Of a stretch of 64,000 nt of DNA, positions 32,707 to 43,551 are shown piece by piece; positions within the stretch are counted from its first letter, which is position 1, and every line of letters begins with the position of its first letter. Under the pieces are notes generated by a model that worked only from the letters and a program-made list of their open reading frames with translations, had not been told where the DNA came from and searched no databases. This DNA comes from an uncultured Nitrospinota bacterium (GTDB lineage Bacteria > Tectomicrobia > Entotheonellia > J063 > CAVPRW01). Both the position numbers and the translations under genes were made by a program. The stretch is taken from assembly GCA_963707985.1 (NCBI GenBank), contig CAVPRW010000007.1:1-64000 (forward strand). The letters are read 5' to 3'.

Positions 32707-33510
32707 TCAGAAGCGAATCGTCTTGCCCTTGCCGATGACCAGGCGGTCGGGGTCGATGCGCTCCCGCAACCACATCAGCTCATCGGGGGTGGGGGGCGCC
32801 ATCTCGTCCACCGTGGCGGAGACAAGGGGCTCAAACGCCATCTCCGCCAACACCTCCTCGATCTTCACGGTGGGCGAGGTGGCGATGAGGCGCATGCGGT
32901 GTGTGTGTTCGTCAAAATCAAACAACGCGAGAGGGGTGACCACACGATAAGGGCCGGTCTGCGCCGGCAGTCCAGCCGTCTCACGGGCCTGGGGTGAACC
33001 GTCCAGGTAGCCAGGGGAGGTGACGAAATCCAGCTTTGGCACAAAGCGCCGCTTCTCCTGCATCATGACGAAGATCGTCCGCCAGCATAGAGAGGCGATG
33101 CCGTTGGCACCGCCAGCGCCGGCGAATCGTCGACCGGGCTGCGCATAGGTGCCGCCGACATAGGACGAGTTGATGTTGCCAAACGGATCAATCTGCAATG
33201 CTCCGAGCATGCCGTAATCGATAAATCCCTGGGAGGCCTGGGCAAATACGTGATTCATGTCCTTCCAGGACACCGCCCGGTAGTTACTTTTCGAATCCCC
33301 GAGAATGAGCGGCTCAAACGGGAGAGGGAATTGAGGAGCGATGGTGCCGTACTCGTATATCCAAATAATTTGTGGGGCGTATAACTGTTGTGCCAGAACC
33401 GCGGCGATCTGTGGCATGCCAAACCCGATCAGGTAGGCTTTTTGGTCTTCAAATAATCGTGCAGCGGTGCACGTCATCATCTCCACCGCAGTGAACTCAT
33501 GGGGCGTCAT
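32707..33510 (-). CDS. CoA-transferase beta subunit (glutaconate CoA-transferase-like)
   Basis: IGFGMP, IYEYG, GALQIDPFGNINS, GAGGANGIAS. Confidence 0.85.
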   Translation of the reverse strand: MTPHEFTAVEMMTCTAARLFEDQKAYLIGFGMPQIAAVLAQQLYAPQIIWIYEYGTIAPQFPLPFEPLILGDSKSNYRAVSWKDMNHVFAQASQGFIDYGMLGALQIDPFGNINSSYVGGTYAQPGRRFAGAGGANGIASLCWRTIFVMMQEKRRFVPKLDFVTSPGYLDGSPQARETAGLPAQTGPYRVVTPLALFDFDEHTHRMRLIATSPTVKIEEVLAEMAFEPLVSATVDEMAPPTPDELMWLRERIDPDRLVIGKGKTIRF

Positions 33511-34477
33511 AATATCCCTCCCGGTAACGCTCGCGCGCTTTGAGCTGCAGCAGGCGCTTGACCCCCACCTGCTGCTCCAGCATATCCGCAAACGACTCCG
33601 CACCATACACATATGTCTCAAGATAGCGTTGCATCGCCTCGCGGGAATCGAGCGCCTGAATGGCTTCGGTGATGCATGGCGTATCGGCCACATACACGCC
33701 AGGGCACGTGCCAGGATAGGCACCGAAGGGCACGTGCACGACGGCATCGACAAAGTAATAGGGAATCGTTGTCTGGCTGGGATGACGGCGGATCTCCTCG
33801 ATCTCGATGATCTCCTCCGTCTGGACAATGACCTTCTTGGACGCCATGGCCTGTTCGAGTGGCGCCGTGCTGGCCCCCAGAACGCGAGCATTGCCATGGA
33901 TATCAGCTTGATGAGCGTGAATGAGGGCCACGTCAGGATTGAGGGCTGGTACCAGACAAATGGGCTTGCCGGTAAAGGGATCTTCAATAACTTTCGCACC
34001 CGAATAGGCCAGGGTGTCGGTCCCTAACAGCGTGCGTGTTGGCAGAAATGGCACCCCCATAGCCCCTCCTAACAAACGCAGTGTGAGGCTGTCATTCGTC
34101 CATTCGGTGAGGGTTACCTGCCCATCCCGCATAGCCTCCGTCAAAACCCGCTCGCCCACCGCGACAAAGCCAGCGTCGATGCGACTGACGCAACCACCGC
34201 CCAGCAACATGATCGATTCAGCATAGCAATACTTGGCGCAGAACCAGAGATTCGTGCGTCGCTGTCGGATGATCTCATGAATCAGGGCATTGGGGCCGCG
34301 GATGAAGTAGGTGAGATCGCAGCCGATGTAGTCACCATCGGCAACGAAGCGCGACACGGCTAGCTGCTCAGTCATCAGCTTATTGGTGAGCCCACGCTCC
34401 TTGCCCGCCCGCTGGGCGCGGACGGCGTCGGGATCCTGAACATAGAAGTCTCCATGTCCACTTTGAAGGATCTGCAT
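33497..34477 (-). CDS. CoA-transferase alpha subunit
   Basis: GVPFLPTRTLLGTD, PALNPDVALIHAHQADIHGNA, VDAVVHVPFGAYP. Confidence 0.87.
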   Translation of the reverse strand: MQILQSGHGDFYVQDPDAVRAQRAGKERGLTNKLMTEQLAVSRFVADGDYIGCDLTYFIRGPNALIHEIIRQRRTNLWFCAKYCYAESIMLLGGGCVSRIDAGFVAVGERVLTEAMRDGQVTLTEWTNDSLTLRLLGGAMGVPFLPTRTLLGTDTLAYSGAKVIEDPFTGKPICLVPALNPDVALIHAHQADIHGNARVLGASTAPLEQAMASKKVIVQTEEIIEIEEIRRHPSQTTIPYYFVDAVVHVPFGAYPGTCPGVYVADTPCITEAIQALDSREAMQRYLETYVYGAESFADMLEQQVGVKRLLQLKARERYREGYYDAP

Positions 34478-34571
34478 ATACCGCCTCTGATTTGTTCGAA
34501 GAGAACCGAGTGACGCGGACGAATCAGCATGTCCACTGGTTCCTCCCGAGCCTTCGGTCACTCGTCCCATC

Positions 34572-35378
34572 CTACGGATTCCGGATGCGCAAAAATAGCT
34601 GGTCGAGCTCAGGATTGGTTAGGCGTGACACGATAAGGAAGGCAAGCTCACCCTGCCTCCAGAGGAGCACGCGCTGGTCTTGTGCCGTGGTCTGGTAGGG
34701 AGCATAGCCGTTGATCTGTCGACGATCGCGGGAGGGAATCGGAATGTCTCCTCCCGGAAAGATGTACAACGTTGAGATGGCGTCACCCATTTTATAGATC
34801 AAACAGGCAGCTCGGCGCTCCATGATATAAGTCGGATAGCCGCGCAGCAGGCGGATCTCCTGGTTACCCCAAAAGTGAATCGCCGGAGAAAAGTTCAAGG
34901 TCTGCTGAAACCATTGCTGGATCTGCGTCGGTTCGGTTGGGTTGGTGCCATGCGGTGGGTAGTTGAGGAGCAGACGGTCATAGTCCCGCACCGCCTCACC
35001 GACGACACGCGCCGCTGGGTTAGGGGCTGGCCCTATCCACTGATGATAGAGGGGGAGCGCCAACGCCAGCACGACGACCGCCGTCGTGGCGCATAGCACC
35101 GGAGGTGTCGTCCACAGGGTATGCAGCACCTGGCGCAGTCGACCCATGAGCGTTTGCTGGCGGCGCACCTCGTAAAGAATTGATTGGCGAAGGTGATCCG
35201 GGGCGCGGTGGTATGACGCACGGTGACGGATAAGGGTGGCGATCAATCCCGCCGTGTCCAGCTCCTCTATGCATCGAGGGCATTCGCTCAAGTGCTGGCG
35301 GAGAGATTGACTTTCCGCCGGGCTCAGGCGATCATGCAAAAGGTCTTCGAATTGTACCCGCGCTTCATCACACGTCAC
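34572..35378 (-). CDS. Zinc-finger (zf-HC2) transmembrane anti-sigma factor
   Basis: MTCDE...HLSECPRC, TM helix, periplasmic domain. Confidence 0.85.
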   Translation of the reverse strand: MTCDEARVQFEDLLHDRLSPAESQSLRQHLSECPRCIEELDTAGLIATLIRHRASYHRAPDHLRQSILYEVRRQQTLMGRLRQVLHTLWTTPPVLCATTAVVVLALALPLYHQWIGPAPNPAARVVGEAVRDYDRLLLNYPPHGTNPTEPTQIQQWFQQTLNFSPAIHFWGNQEIRLLRGYPTYIMERRAACLIYKMGDAISTLYIFPGGDIPIPSRDRRQINGYAPYQTTAQDQRVLLWRQGELAFLIVSRLTNPELDQLFLRIRNP

Positions 35379-35902
35379 GACACATCCTTTACCTGCGGTG
35401 CAGGCGACGCCCCAGCCGATGTCAGACGCGCGTGCAGAAACCGATCCAGGAGCTGACGCGCGGTCGCGAGAACGATTTGCGTCTGCGGCTTCGACCAGTC
35501 AAAGATGGCGGACAGGTCCTCCAACGAATAGCCCTCGATCGTGGTGAGGATCAGAGCGGCTCGCAATGCCTCCGGGAGTTGTCGTAGCCCGGCATCGAGA
35601 TCGGCTCTGGAGAGCGTATGGTACAACACCCGCTTATCAGTCACGACGTGCTCCACGGTGATGTCGCTAAGGCCATCGCCACTCAGCCCATGATCCTGCC
35701 GATAGAGCCGCCACATGATCGTTACCAGCCCAACCCGCAGATGTACTCCTGAGAGTTCCGGGGGAATCGCACGCAGGGCCTGTCGGCAGGTCGCTTGCAC
35801 CAATGCAGAAGCGGCTACAGAGTCGCGTGCCAGCCACGCCGCCAGGTTATGGAGCGCATCGAGATGGAGCACAATGGCAGCAGCGAGCTCCGTCTGGGTC
35901 AT
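35375..35902 (-). CDS. ECF sigma factor-like protein (divergent)
   Basis: HLDALHNLAAWLAR; region 4 LRQLPEALRAALILTTIEGYSLEDLS; coupled to the anti-sigma gene. Confidence 0.75.
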   Translation of the reverse strand: MTQTELAAAIVLHLDALHNLAAWLARDSVAASALVQATCRQALRAIPPELSGVHLRVGLVTIMWRLYRQDHGLSGDGLSDITVEHVVTDKRVLYHTLSRADLDAGLRQLPEALRAALILTTIEGYSLEDLSAIFDWSKPQTQIVLATARQLLDRFLHARLTSAGASPAPQVKDVS

Positions 35903-36064
35903 TGCCCGATTCCACGGTACCAGTTCCGCCGTGAGTCATGTTGGCGATATGCCGAAGACCGCAAGTGGACTATGGGGTGCCGCATTGTTCGTTACAGCAC
36001 CTTAAAAGAAGCCGCCAGCCATGTCAAGTCACAACCTACCCTATCCCCTCCTGCCGTCGCAACA

Positions 36065-36094
36065 TTGACAGAGGTGTCGAGCAGGTGCTAACAT
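36065..36094 (+). promoter_or_regulatory. Possible sigma70 promoter (TTGACA-N18-TAACAT)
   Basis: Perfect -35 and near-consensus -10 about 80 bp upstream of ATG 36175. Confidence 0.4.
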
Positions 36095-36174
36095 TTCTGC
36101 CGCTTCACAAGCACATAAGCGCAGTAGCGTGTACAATTCCGCGTCTGGGCCGGGAAGTAGAGATCGAGGGGTTC

Positions 36175-37374
36175 ATGGCACAGCACAGGACACGACGACC
36201 AACAGCGAAGGAAGGCGAACAAATTACACCGGAGCAGTTACGCGCCGCCCAAGAGTGGCTGGAGGAGAAATTCCGCGCTGAGCCATCTGACCCGCTCTTG
36301 CCGCAGCTTATGGAGCCCGTCATACCGGTCTCGCTCGCCGCGGTGGTCGAAGCGCTGAGCACGATGGCCACACCCGAAGCGGCTACCTTGTTAACACAGA
36401 TCGCCACTACTACGAACGCCAAGGAGATCCAAAAGGCCGCCAGACGTGCCCTCTATCGTTTGAAAACAATGGGGGTGCCTACCGACAGCGTGCGCATTGG
36501 CGAAGCGCGCAAATCGGTACTCGAGGTCCCTAAGCTCCCGATCGTCATCGCCCTGACAAGTCAGATCGACTTTGCCGGCAATCGCGCCCTCTACCTCGCC
36601 CGGCGTCGTCCCTTCTCAGGCCTGGTGTTGGTGAGCCTGATCCTCAGTGACCAGCGTGGTGTGCTCGACTGCAACGCCTTCCCTGTCACCAAGAAGGAAC
36701 TCACCCGCATCGTCGCCGATATTCAGGCAGACGAACGCCTCACCCACGTCGAGCTCCCTCCGACCTATGCACAGCAGCTTGTGGAGGAGAGCTATCGCCG
36801 TAACTTGTCGACGGGGACACCTGTGCCACAGGACTTTCAGGGATTGCACCATCTGATCGGCATGCCTGACACACGGTGGGAGAAAGGGCCAATCTACCAC
36901 CTGCTCAACCCTGAGGAAATTCGCGGGCAACCTGCCTGGCTAGCACTCGCAGGACAACTGCTGGACGTCAAGGAATTTCAAGGATGGCATGTGCCGCCGG
37001 AGGCGGTGCAGAAGTATCGGGAAGAAGTCCGACACGCGGCCGAAAGCCTCATCATCGTCTCCCCAGCCCTACAGCAGGAACGCGTAGAAGATGCCCAAAA
37101 GCGGGGGTTACGGGAGATGTTCGATCCCGATACTTGCGCACGCTATCGCACGCGTCTGGAGGAGATGGCCTACCTGCTGTGGCAGACGAAACGCCCAGAT
37201 GAGGCCAAGCGCGCCTTCGCAAGTGCCCTAGCCCTCCAAGGGGACGGAGTTGACCCGGCCGAACATCCATTCTTGAGAGGGTTCTTTACCCGCAGTGTCG
37301 AAATGGCTGAGGCGCTTGAGCAACAGGACACCAACCGGGTGACTGTCGCTACTCCGCGACTATGGACCCCATAG
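36175..37374 (+). CDS. Hypothetical protein (alpha-helical)
   Basis: Long ORF with normal composition; RBS GAGGGG; no family recognised. Confidence 0.75.
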   Translation: MAQHRTRRPTAKEGEQITPEQLRAAQEWLEEKFRAEPSDPLLPQLMEPVIPVSLAAVVEALSTMATPEAATLLTQIATTTNAKEIQKAARRALYRLKTMGVPTDSVRIGEARKSVLEVPKLPIVIALTSQIDFAGNRALYLARRRPFSGLVLVSLILSDQRGVLDCNAFPVTKKELTRIVADIQADERLTHVELPPTYAQQLVEESYRRNLSTGTPVPQDFQGLHHLIGMPDTRWEKGPIYHLLNPEEIRGQPAWLALAGQLLDVKEFQGWHVPPEAVQKYREEVRHAAESLIIVSPALQQERVEDAQKRGLREMFDPDTCARYRTRLEEMAYLLWQTKRPDEAKRAFASALALQGDGVDPAEHPFLRGFFTRSVEMAEALEQQDTNRVTVATPRLWTP

Positions 37375-37378
37375 AGTT

Positions 37379-37714
37379 TCACAGGTATGCGCCACCCCCC
37401 AGTGGCTTGGTCGCTTCTTCGTAATCGTACCCATTGCGCTGGGGAAAATGCACGATCGATCGCACATTACCCCATGGGATCAGGATATTTGCCACAAATT
37501 CTTCCTTTACACGCTGCTCGGGGGGAATAATCCGGCCATCTTCGAACCGTACGCGTGTAACCTCGAATTTGGGATTTTCGATCCAGATCCCAATATGATC
37601 CCGGCCCACGACCTTTGCATAGAAATTATGCTCACTCACACCCGCCGCCCGTAGGCCGTCCACGTCGCGCAGGACCAACATCACTCGATCGTTGATGACT
37701 TTGTCGATATCCAT
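37379..37714 (-). CDS. Hypothetical protein, possible Sm/LSm-like fold
   Basis: AKVVGRDHIGIWIE...ILIPWGNVRSIV pattern; RBS AAGGA. Confidence 0.55.
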   Translation of the reverse strand: MDIDKVINDRVMLVLRDVDGLRAAGVSEHNFYAKVVGRDHIGIWIENPKFEVTRVRFEDGRIIPPEQRVKEEFVANILIPWGNVRSIVHFPQRNGYDYEEATKPLGGGAYL

Positions 37715-37818
37715 GCCACCATTCCTTATCTCTCTCACTTCCGCTTGCGGCATCGACAATCGAGACGCACACCCTGTCTCCTATCATGCGGCGGCATGCA
37801 TCAAGCACGGTTCGCTGC

Positions 37819-38043
37819 TCACCCCAGGTCCTCTGGCGCTGCCCGACCAAGCGTCAGGTCATCTGCTGGGGGGACTGAACACGGCGGCGGTGAGACGGCA
37901 CAGCTGGTTCCCCACTGATAGGTGGGATCGAGGGCTGCCACAACTTCGCGCAACTCAGGGGGAAGATCCGTGAGGGTGATCGTCCCGTCCGCATCGATGT
38001 AGATCGAGAACCGAAAGTTATTCAGTCGTACTCTGGTGGACAT
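37819..38043 (-). CDS. Small hypothetical protein
   Basis: Starts immediately after the NHL/TPR stop; FSIYIDADGTITLTDLPPEL. Confidence 0.6.
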   Translation of the reverse strand: MSTRVRLNNFRFSIYIDADGTITLTDLPPELREVVAALDPTYQWGTSCAVSPPPCSVPPADDLTLGRAAPEDLG

Positions 38044-40255
38044 TTAGCCTTTCTCCCGATCACCCAAATCGAGATGCCTAAACCGTTCACTGACCCCTCC
38101 TTCAAGACACTGTTGCGCATAGCGGAAATACCGCTTTGCCTTCTCATGCTCGGGATCCAAAGCGAGGGTTTCGCGGAAGCAGCGCAGCGCCTGGACATAA
38201 TCTTGTGCCTGGTAATAACTGAGGCCGTCCTCGAATGCTAGACTCGTTTGGGCCTGTATGAGGAGCGTGCGGGCAGTATCGTCCCTGGGGGTGAGAGCAC
38301 CAACCCAGCGTAGGTGGGCAATCGCCTCTTGAGCATCCTGACGCTGGAGAGATTCCTGCCCCTGCATCACGTACCGGTGGGCCATCGCCTGCCGCACCTG
38401 CTGGAAACTCGCCCATGCATGCGCATACGTCATCCCGCTGGTCAAAACTTTCTCCCATGCGGTGATGGTCGCCTCAAGACGCGCCTCAGCTACCGATCGC
38501 GTCTCCGATGTTTGTGCCCGGGTGATCTCCGTGGGGCCTGTGGTCACCAGTGACAAGGCGCGCTGAAACGCGTGCATGGCAGCTTCCCCCTCAGCGCGCT
38601 CGGCCTGCACGGCGCCCATATAGAAGAAGGCCTCCGCCCGTGTGGCATCCTGCTGTAAGATTTTCTCCCAGGTTTGTTGGGCCTCGACGAAGCGGCGCTC
38701 GGCGAATTGCTGCTTGCCCAGGTATGACAAGGCGTGCAAATTGCCGGGCTCAAGGTGGGCAATCACCTCATTCACCTGTTGGCGCTTACTCTCCAACCCT
38801 TCCTGAGCATACAGATGCTCGAGTGCCTTGCAGACATCGACATCAGAACGATCGAGCTGTAACAGACGTTCGTAAGTGGCGATCGTCTGACCAATATGCC
38901 CTTCCTCCATGAAACGCTTGGCGCGATCACGCAGCACCCGTCGACGCAGACGGTGGATGGCGAGGGTTCCCATTGCGGCACTGGCAATGAGGCCAACCGC
39001 GAGCAATGGTAGTGCTAGCTTGCCGGCATAGGCCCGATACAGGGCCCAGCGGGCCTCCGTATAGTCGGGCTGCAGCGCCAGTGCGGCAGAGAGGCGCTCG
39101 ATGGCGAGATCGACATGCCCTTGACGAGTATAGGCCATCCCCGATCCATACAAGGCCTCGGCCAGCGTGGGATCGAGTTCAAGTGCCTCACCCCATTCGC
39201 GCAATGCCGTATCGAAACGCTCCGCATTGAACGCGAGCCATCCTTGCTCGAGCCGCGCCAGTGCAGGGACATAGGTCAAGATTTGCACCCGATGGTTCAC
39301 GGTGTCCGCAACATAGAGCGTCTGTTGCGGGTCAATCCACAGGGCTGCTGGAGAGTAAAATTCGCCGGGGCCTTTGCCGAGGTGCCCCACTTGGGCCACG
39401 TAGCGTCCGGCACGATCGAAGATCTGCACCCGACCATTGCCGGTATCGGCGACATATATGGAGCCCTGGTCGTCGGCGGCGATGCCCCGTGGACTGTCGA
39501 ATTCGGCGGGGCCGCGTCCGGCTTTACCGATTTCCCAGAGATACTGGCCATCGCCGGCAAAGACTTGCACGCGATGATTCTGGGTATCAGCCACGAGGAC
39601 CCGTCCTTCACGATCGACAGCCACATCTGACGGCCCGAGGAATTCCCCCCTCCCCGAGCCACTGCGCCCCCAACTGAGGAGGAAACTCCCATCCGGCGCA
39701 AGTTTTTGCACCCGATGGTTCTGCGTATCCGCGATATACAGCTGCTGCTCGGTATCGACCGCAATACCTTCGGGGGCATTGAACTGACCAGGCTGAGTGC
39801 CGAAGCTTCCCACCATGATCACCACATCACCGGACTGATCAAATGCCTGCACACGATGGTTGCCCGTATCCGCGACATACAGCAGGTCATTCGGCCCCCA
39901 GGCTATACCTTTCGGGCGCAACAAAGCTCCACGCTGTGACCCCTCCGTGCCGAAAGCCTGGAAGGAGCGACCATCCCGCGTAAAGATCTGAATACGATGA
40001 TTGTAGGTATCGGCGATGTATATGCGACCCGTCTGGTCGACCGCGACGCCGCCAGGTTGCCGGAATTGCCCCATCTCCCGCCCTTCCTGACCAACGCGTG
40101 ATGGCGGCTCGATAGGCGCGGGTTTCAACAGAGGCCAAGAGAGGACTCTGCCCCAGTAGGATAGAGGTGACCACGGTGCAGAGAAAACATACGAGACCTC
40201 GACCACTGAAACCAGTCATGGGCTCATTCATTACCATGAACAGTGCTAGACTCAC
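38044..40255 (-). CDS. NHL beta-propeller + TPR membrane protein (probable frameshift near 40100)
   Basis: Six NHL repeats (F..P.GIAVD....YVADT.NHRVQ), TPRs, internal TM followed by HRLRRR; a signal-like N-terminus lies in the frame of ORF 39887..40255. Confidence 0.87.
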
Positions 40256-40360
40256 CAGTTCGACTGTGAACGTGCCAAACGAGTTCCTACCACCCGTCGT
40301 GACTCCTTCTCATCAACGTACGGGACGACACGAGGGAGATAGAAATCGCCACACGCTAAC

Positions 40361-40567
40361 TCACTGACGTGTCTGCTGGACGGCAGCTTCTGTAGACGCT
40401 GGCACCTGGTAGTATTCAGATGTGCGCTCCTGTTCAAGCGTGTCCCCCAGCGCTTCTTCGAGAAACTGCGAGAATTCCAGGCATTCCGCACCCTGCACAC
40501 CGTTGACCTTGATACTGACCTTGCCATCGTGACCAATTTCGATTTCCATCTCACGTTTTAGGACCAT
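40361..40567 (-). CDS. DUF2997 family protein
   Basis: EIEIGHDGKVSIKVNGVQGAECLEFSQFLEEALG. Confidence 0.85.
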   Translation of the reverse strand: MVLKREMEIEIGHDGKVSIKVNGVQGAECLEFSQFLEEALGDTLEQERTSEYYQVPASTEAAVQQTRQ

Positions 40568-40950
40568 TTGCGCACCACCAACCGGATGGAATGATCTTCC
40601 AGGGTCTCATCTTCCGCGACTGAGAAGCCTCGTTTACGGACTTCCGAGAGCACCTTATGATAGGCATAACGTTGATTCAGATCATTGACGAATTTTACCT
40701 GGGAGATACCTGTGCGCATCTCCACACCCCACCAATCGGCCACCACCTCATAAGTCCCTTGAGGTGATTTACGAAAGCCGATATTGTAGGGTCCTCCGAG
40801 ATCCGTTACGAGGTCAGCTTCACTCCATTGCCCACGCCAACCCCGCACCCGCACCTCCCCCTCTAGGCAGGAGTAATGGAGGTCCTCCAGCGCTCGCTTC
40901 AAGCAATCGAAATCGGTGATTTTGGTTTGCACTTTGGTGAAATGGGACAT
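40558..40950 (-). CDS. DUF1257 (Ycf35-like) protein
   Basis: MSHFTKVQTKITD, YEVVADWW, LNQRYAY. Confidence 0.88.
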   Translation of the reverse strand: MSHFTKVQTKITDFDCLKRALEDLHYSCLEGEVRVRGWRGQWSEADLVTDLGGPYNIGFRKSPQGTYEVVADWWGVEMRTGISQVKFVNDLNQRYAYHKVLSEVRKRGFSVAEDETLEDHSIRLVVRKWS

Positions 40951-40966
40951 TGCTGACCCCTCTCTG

Positions 40967-42559
40967 TTAGAGCTCGAGCCGCCGGCTGTCGCCCACCCGT
41001 CCGCTGGGAACACGCTTCGAGGCTACCCGGGCACGAGTCTGCGCCCAGTCCCGCAACGCGGTGATTTCTTCCTCCATCGTTTGCGATAAGGGGACGGTCT
41101 CTTCGAAACTCGCCAGAATATCCTCGGTTGTCAGGTCACGCCCCGCATCAAAAGCATCGTATAATGCGGAGATAATAGCCTGTTCAATCTCTGAACCACT
41201 GAAACCTTCCGAAGAGAGGGCCAGGAGGTCAAGGTCAAAAAGCTCGGGATTGCGGCCTCGCTTCTGGAGATGAATGCGGAAGATGTCCATGCGCTCCTCC
41301 CGCGAGGGTAAGTCCACAAAGAATATATCATCAAAGCGTCCTTTGCGCATTAACTCCGGCGGCAGCAGTGTGACATTATTGGCGGTGGCAATGACGAACA
41401 CCGGCGATGATTTCTCCTGCAGCCATGTGACGAAGCTGCCAAACACGCGGGCCGTCGTGCCGGCATCAGAGAAGCTGGAGCTCTGCGTGCCTGAAAACCC
41501 CTTTTCAAGCTCGTCCAACCACAAGATCGAGGGTGCCACCGCCTCGGCGGTCTTGATGGCCTTACGCATATTTTCCTCGGACGACCCCACCAGGCCGGCA
41601 AAAATCTTGCCGACGTCCAGCCGCAGCAGCGGTTGCTTCCACAAGGAGCCGACGGCCTTAGCCGTCAGCGATTTACCGCAACCTGGCACGCCAATCAGCA
41701 AAATCCCTTTGGGGCGGGGCAGGCCAAATTCCCGGGCCTCTTTCGTGAATGCCTTCTCCCGCTTTTGCAACCAGCGCTTCAGCTCCTCCAACCCCCCCAC
41801 ATCACTAAACTGCTCCGTGGCATGATAAAACTCCAGGATGCCCGACTTACGGATGATCTGTTCTTTCTCCGACAGGATCACATCAATGTCGAAGCGCCGC
41901 TTTTGTACCAGCGACTTGGAAAACACGTTCTCCGCCTCATTGATGGTCAGCCCTAAGGCTGCCTCCGTAATGCGCTCACGCAGCGGTGAGCCCTCGCTGA
42001 TCTCGGCCCGCGCCGCATCGGGAATCGGCGTGTTGTGTGCGAGATCCTCGATCACTGCGTCCAAGTCCTCAGGGTTGGGCAATTCGTAATCCACTACAGT
42101 GACTTCTTTCTCGAGCTCGGCAGGAATCTTGAGGATGGCAGAGAGCAGAATGAGCGTTTTTGGCTTATCACTTTTCTTCAAGTAGCGTGCAAGATCGCGT
42201 AGACGCCGTACGATGGTCGGATCCTGCATATACGGGTGAAAATCACGCAGCACGAAGAGTGCTTCTTCGTTGGCATCGCCGACAAATTCCAGCGCCCGCA
42301 GCGGATCGCGCAATTCCCTCGATCGCACCGGCAAGCGCTGCTCACGCCCCGTCTCATCGCGGCGAATTTCGATGATCCCCTCGGTTGTCGACCAGCTCAA
42401 GAATTTGCGCGCGCGTTCCGTAGCGATTTGTAGCAACCCACGCTCGACGCGCTCCTCTTCCCACGAGAGCACATAGATGAGAGGGTAAGCGGCCTTGAGC
42501 AGATCGTTAATCGTGCGGTCTGAAGTGCCCAGCAACTCATTATTCAGTGCCGTTCCCAC
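40967..42559 (-). CDS. Ycf46-like AAA+ ATPase
   Basis: [31 protein letters not shown], Walker A GVPGCGKS, Walker B WLDELEK, RKGRFD. Confidence 0.92.
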   Translation of the reverse strand: MGTALNNELLGTSDRTINDLLKAAYPLIYVLSWEEERVERGLLQIATERARKFLSWSTTEGIIEIRRDETGREQRLPVRSRELRDPLRALEFVGDANEEALFVLRDFHPYMQDPTIVRRLRDLARYLKKSDKPKTLILLSAILKIPAELEKEVTVVDYELPNPEDLDAVIEDLAHNTPIPDAARAEISEGSPLRERITEAALGLTINEAENVFSKSLVQKRRFDIDVILSEKEQIIRKSGILEFYHATEQFSDVGGLEELKRWLQKREKAFTKEAREFGLPRPKGILLIGVPGCGKSLTAKAVGSLWKQPLLRLDVGKIFAGLVGSSEENMRKAIKTAEAVAPSILWLDELEKGFSGTQSSSFSDAGTTARVFGSFVTWLQEKSSPVFVIATANNVTLLPPELMRKGRFDDIFFVDLPSREERMDIFRIHLQKRGRNPELFDLDLLALSSEGFSGSEIEQAIISALYDAFDAGRDLTTEDILASFEETVPLSQTMEEEITALRDWAQTRARVASKRVPSGRVGDSRRLEL

Positions 42560-43551
42560 TAGCGTGGCCCATCCTTTAAGAAGGTGTCCGGGTTGATCAT
42601 CAGTCCATTGTTACCATCCTTCGGGACGACAAGCAGCTTGACATCCTTCGCTAGTCGGTGAATCCACATGTATTCCAGAAGGCGCGGATTCTTCGCAATA
42701 CTGCTATTGATCACCTCGAACGCCTCAGACTCGCCCTGAGCTTCCTTGACTCGCGCCTCGGCGCGTTTTTGGGCTTGTTGGACCTCAAACTCGAGCTGCT
42801 GGACCTTTTGCCCAGCCATCATTTTGCTCTCCAACGCCGCCTCAAATTCCTTGCTAAACAGGACATCACGCAGTAACACTTCCTCGCAGATCAAGCCATC
42901 CCGCGCAAACATGCCCTTCAGGCGATCGAAAATCTGCTGCTGGATGGTCGCCCGCCGTTTGCTATAGACATCGAGGATGTTATATTCAGAGACCACCATA
43001 CGGCTCACGTTGCGGATCGCCGGACGAATGATCTTGTCTTCGTAGTCCGGACCGATGCTGCGATGCAACTCTGCTAAACGGGCGGGATCTGGCTTATACC
43101 GAACGGTAATCTCTACCCCAACCTTGAGACCGTCAGCAGTCGGGGCCCACAGGGTCTCATTATCGCCTCGCATCGCCTCGCTTGGCCGTTGCGACATGGT
43201 ATAGGTGTGCGTGCGGACATCATAGCGCGTCACTTGCTGGACCAGCGGTAGAATGAAGTGTAGTCCCTCGATCAACGGGTCGGAGAGGACACCACGGAAG
43301 ATGTCGAAAACTACCCCTCGCGATCCTGCACGAACGACCACCATGCTTGAGAAGATCAGCAGGAAGAGGGCAAGGCCACTAACCACGAAGAGGAGACGGC
43401 GATGCGTGAGCCAGGGGAGGAGGCTATGCAGTGAAGGGGGAGCTTCCCCCTCACTACGAGGGCCTGACCACGCCGCCAGCCGATGGGTGAAGAACCAATA
43501 GGTTAGCGAGATCAGAAAGAGAAATACGATAATCCACATCAGCGCAGCCAT
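42559..43551 (-). CDS. SPFH/prohibitin (band 7) membrane protein
   Basis: Two N-terminal TM segments, [19 protein letters not shown], coiled-coil [15 protein letters not shown]; stop overlaps the AAA start (TAGTG). Confidence 0.9.
   Translation of the reverse strand: MAALMWIIVFLFLISLTYWFFTHRLAAWSGPRSEGEAPPSLHSLLPWLTHRRLLFVVSGLALFLLIFSSMVVVRAGSRGVVFDIFRGVLSDPLIEGLHFILPLVQQVTRYDVRTHTYTMSQRPSEAMRGDNETLWAPTADGLKVGVEITVRYKPDPARLAELHRSIGPDYEDKIIRPAIRNVSRMVVSEYNILDVYSKRRATIQQQIFDRLKGMFARDGLICEEVLLRDVLFSKEFEAALESKMMAGQKVQQLEFEVQQAQKRAEARVKEAQGESEAFEVINSSIAKNPRLLEYMWIHRLAKDVKLLVVPKDGNNGLMINPDTFLKDGPR

Noticed and set aside
33511..33999. N-terminal 160 aa of ORF 32707..33999
   Set aside because: Alternate-frame overlap with the CoA-transferase alpha gene; the beta subunit starts at 33510
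39290..40080. Regularly spaced DNA repeats that might suggest CRISPR or a tandem array
   Set aside because: They are the coding NHL repeats, not identical repeats with spacers
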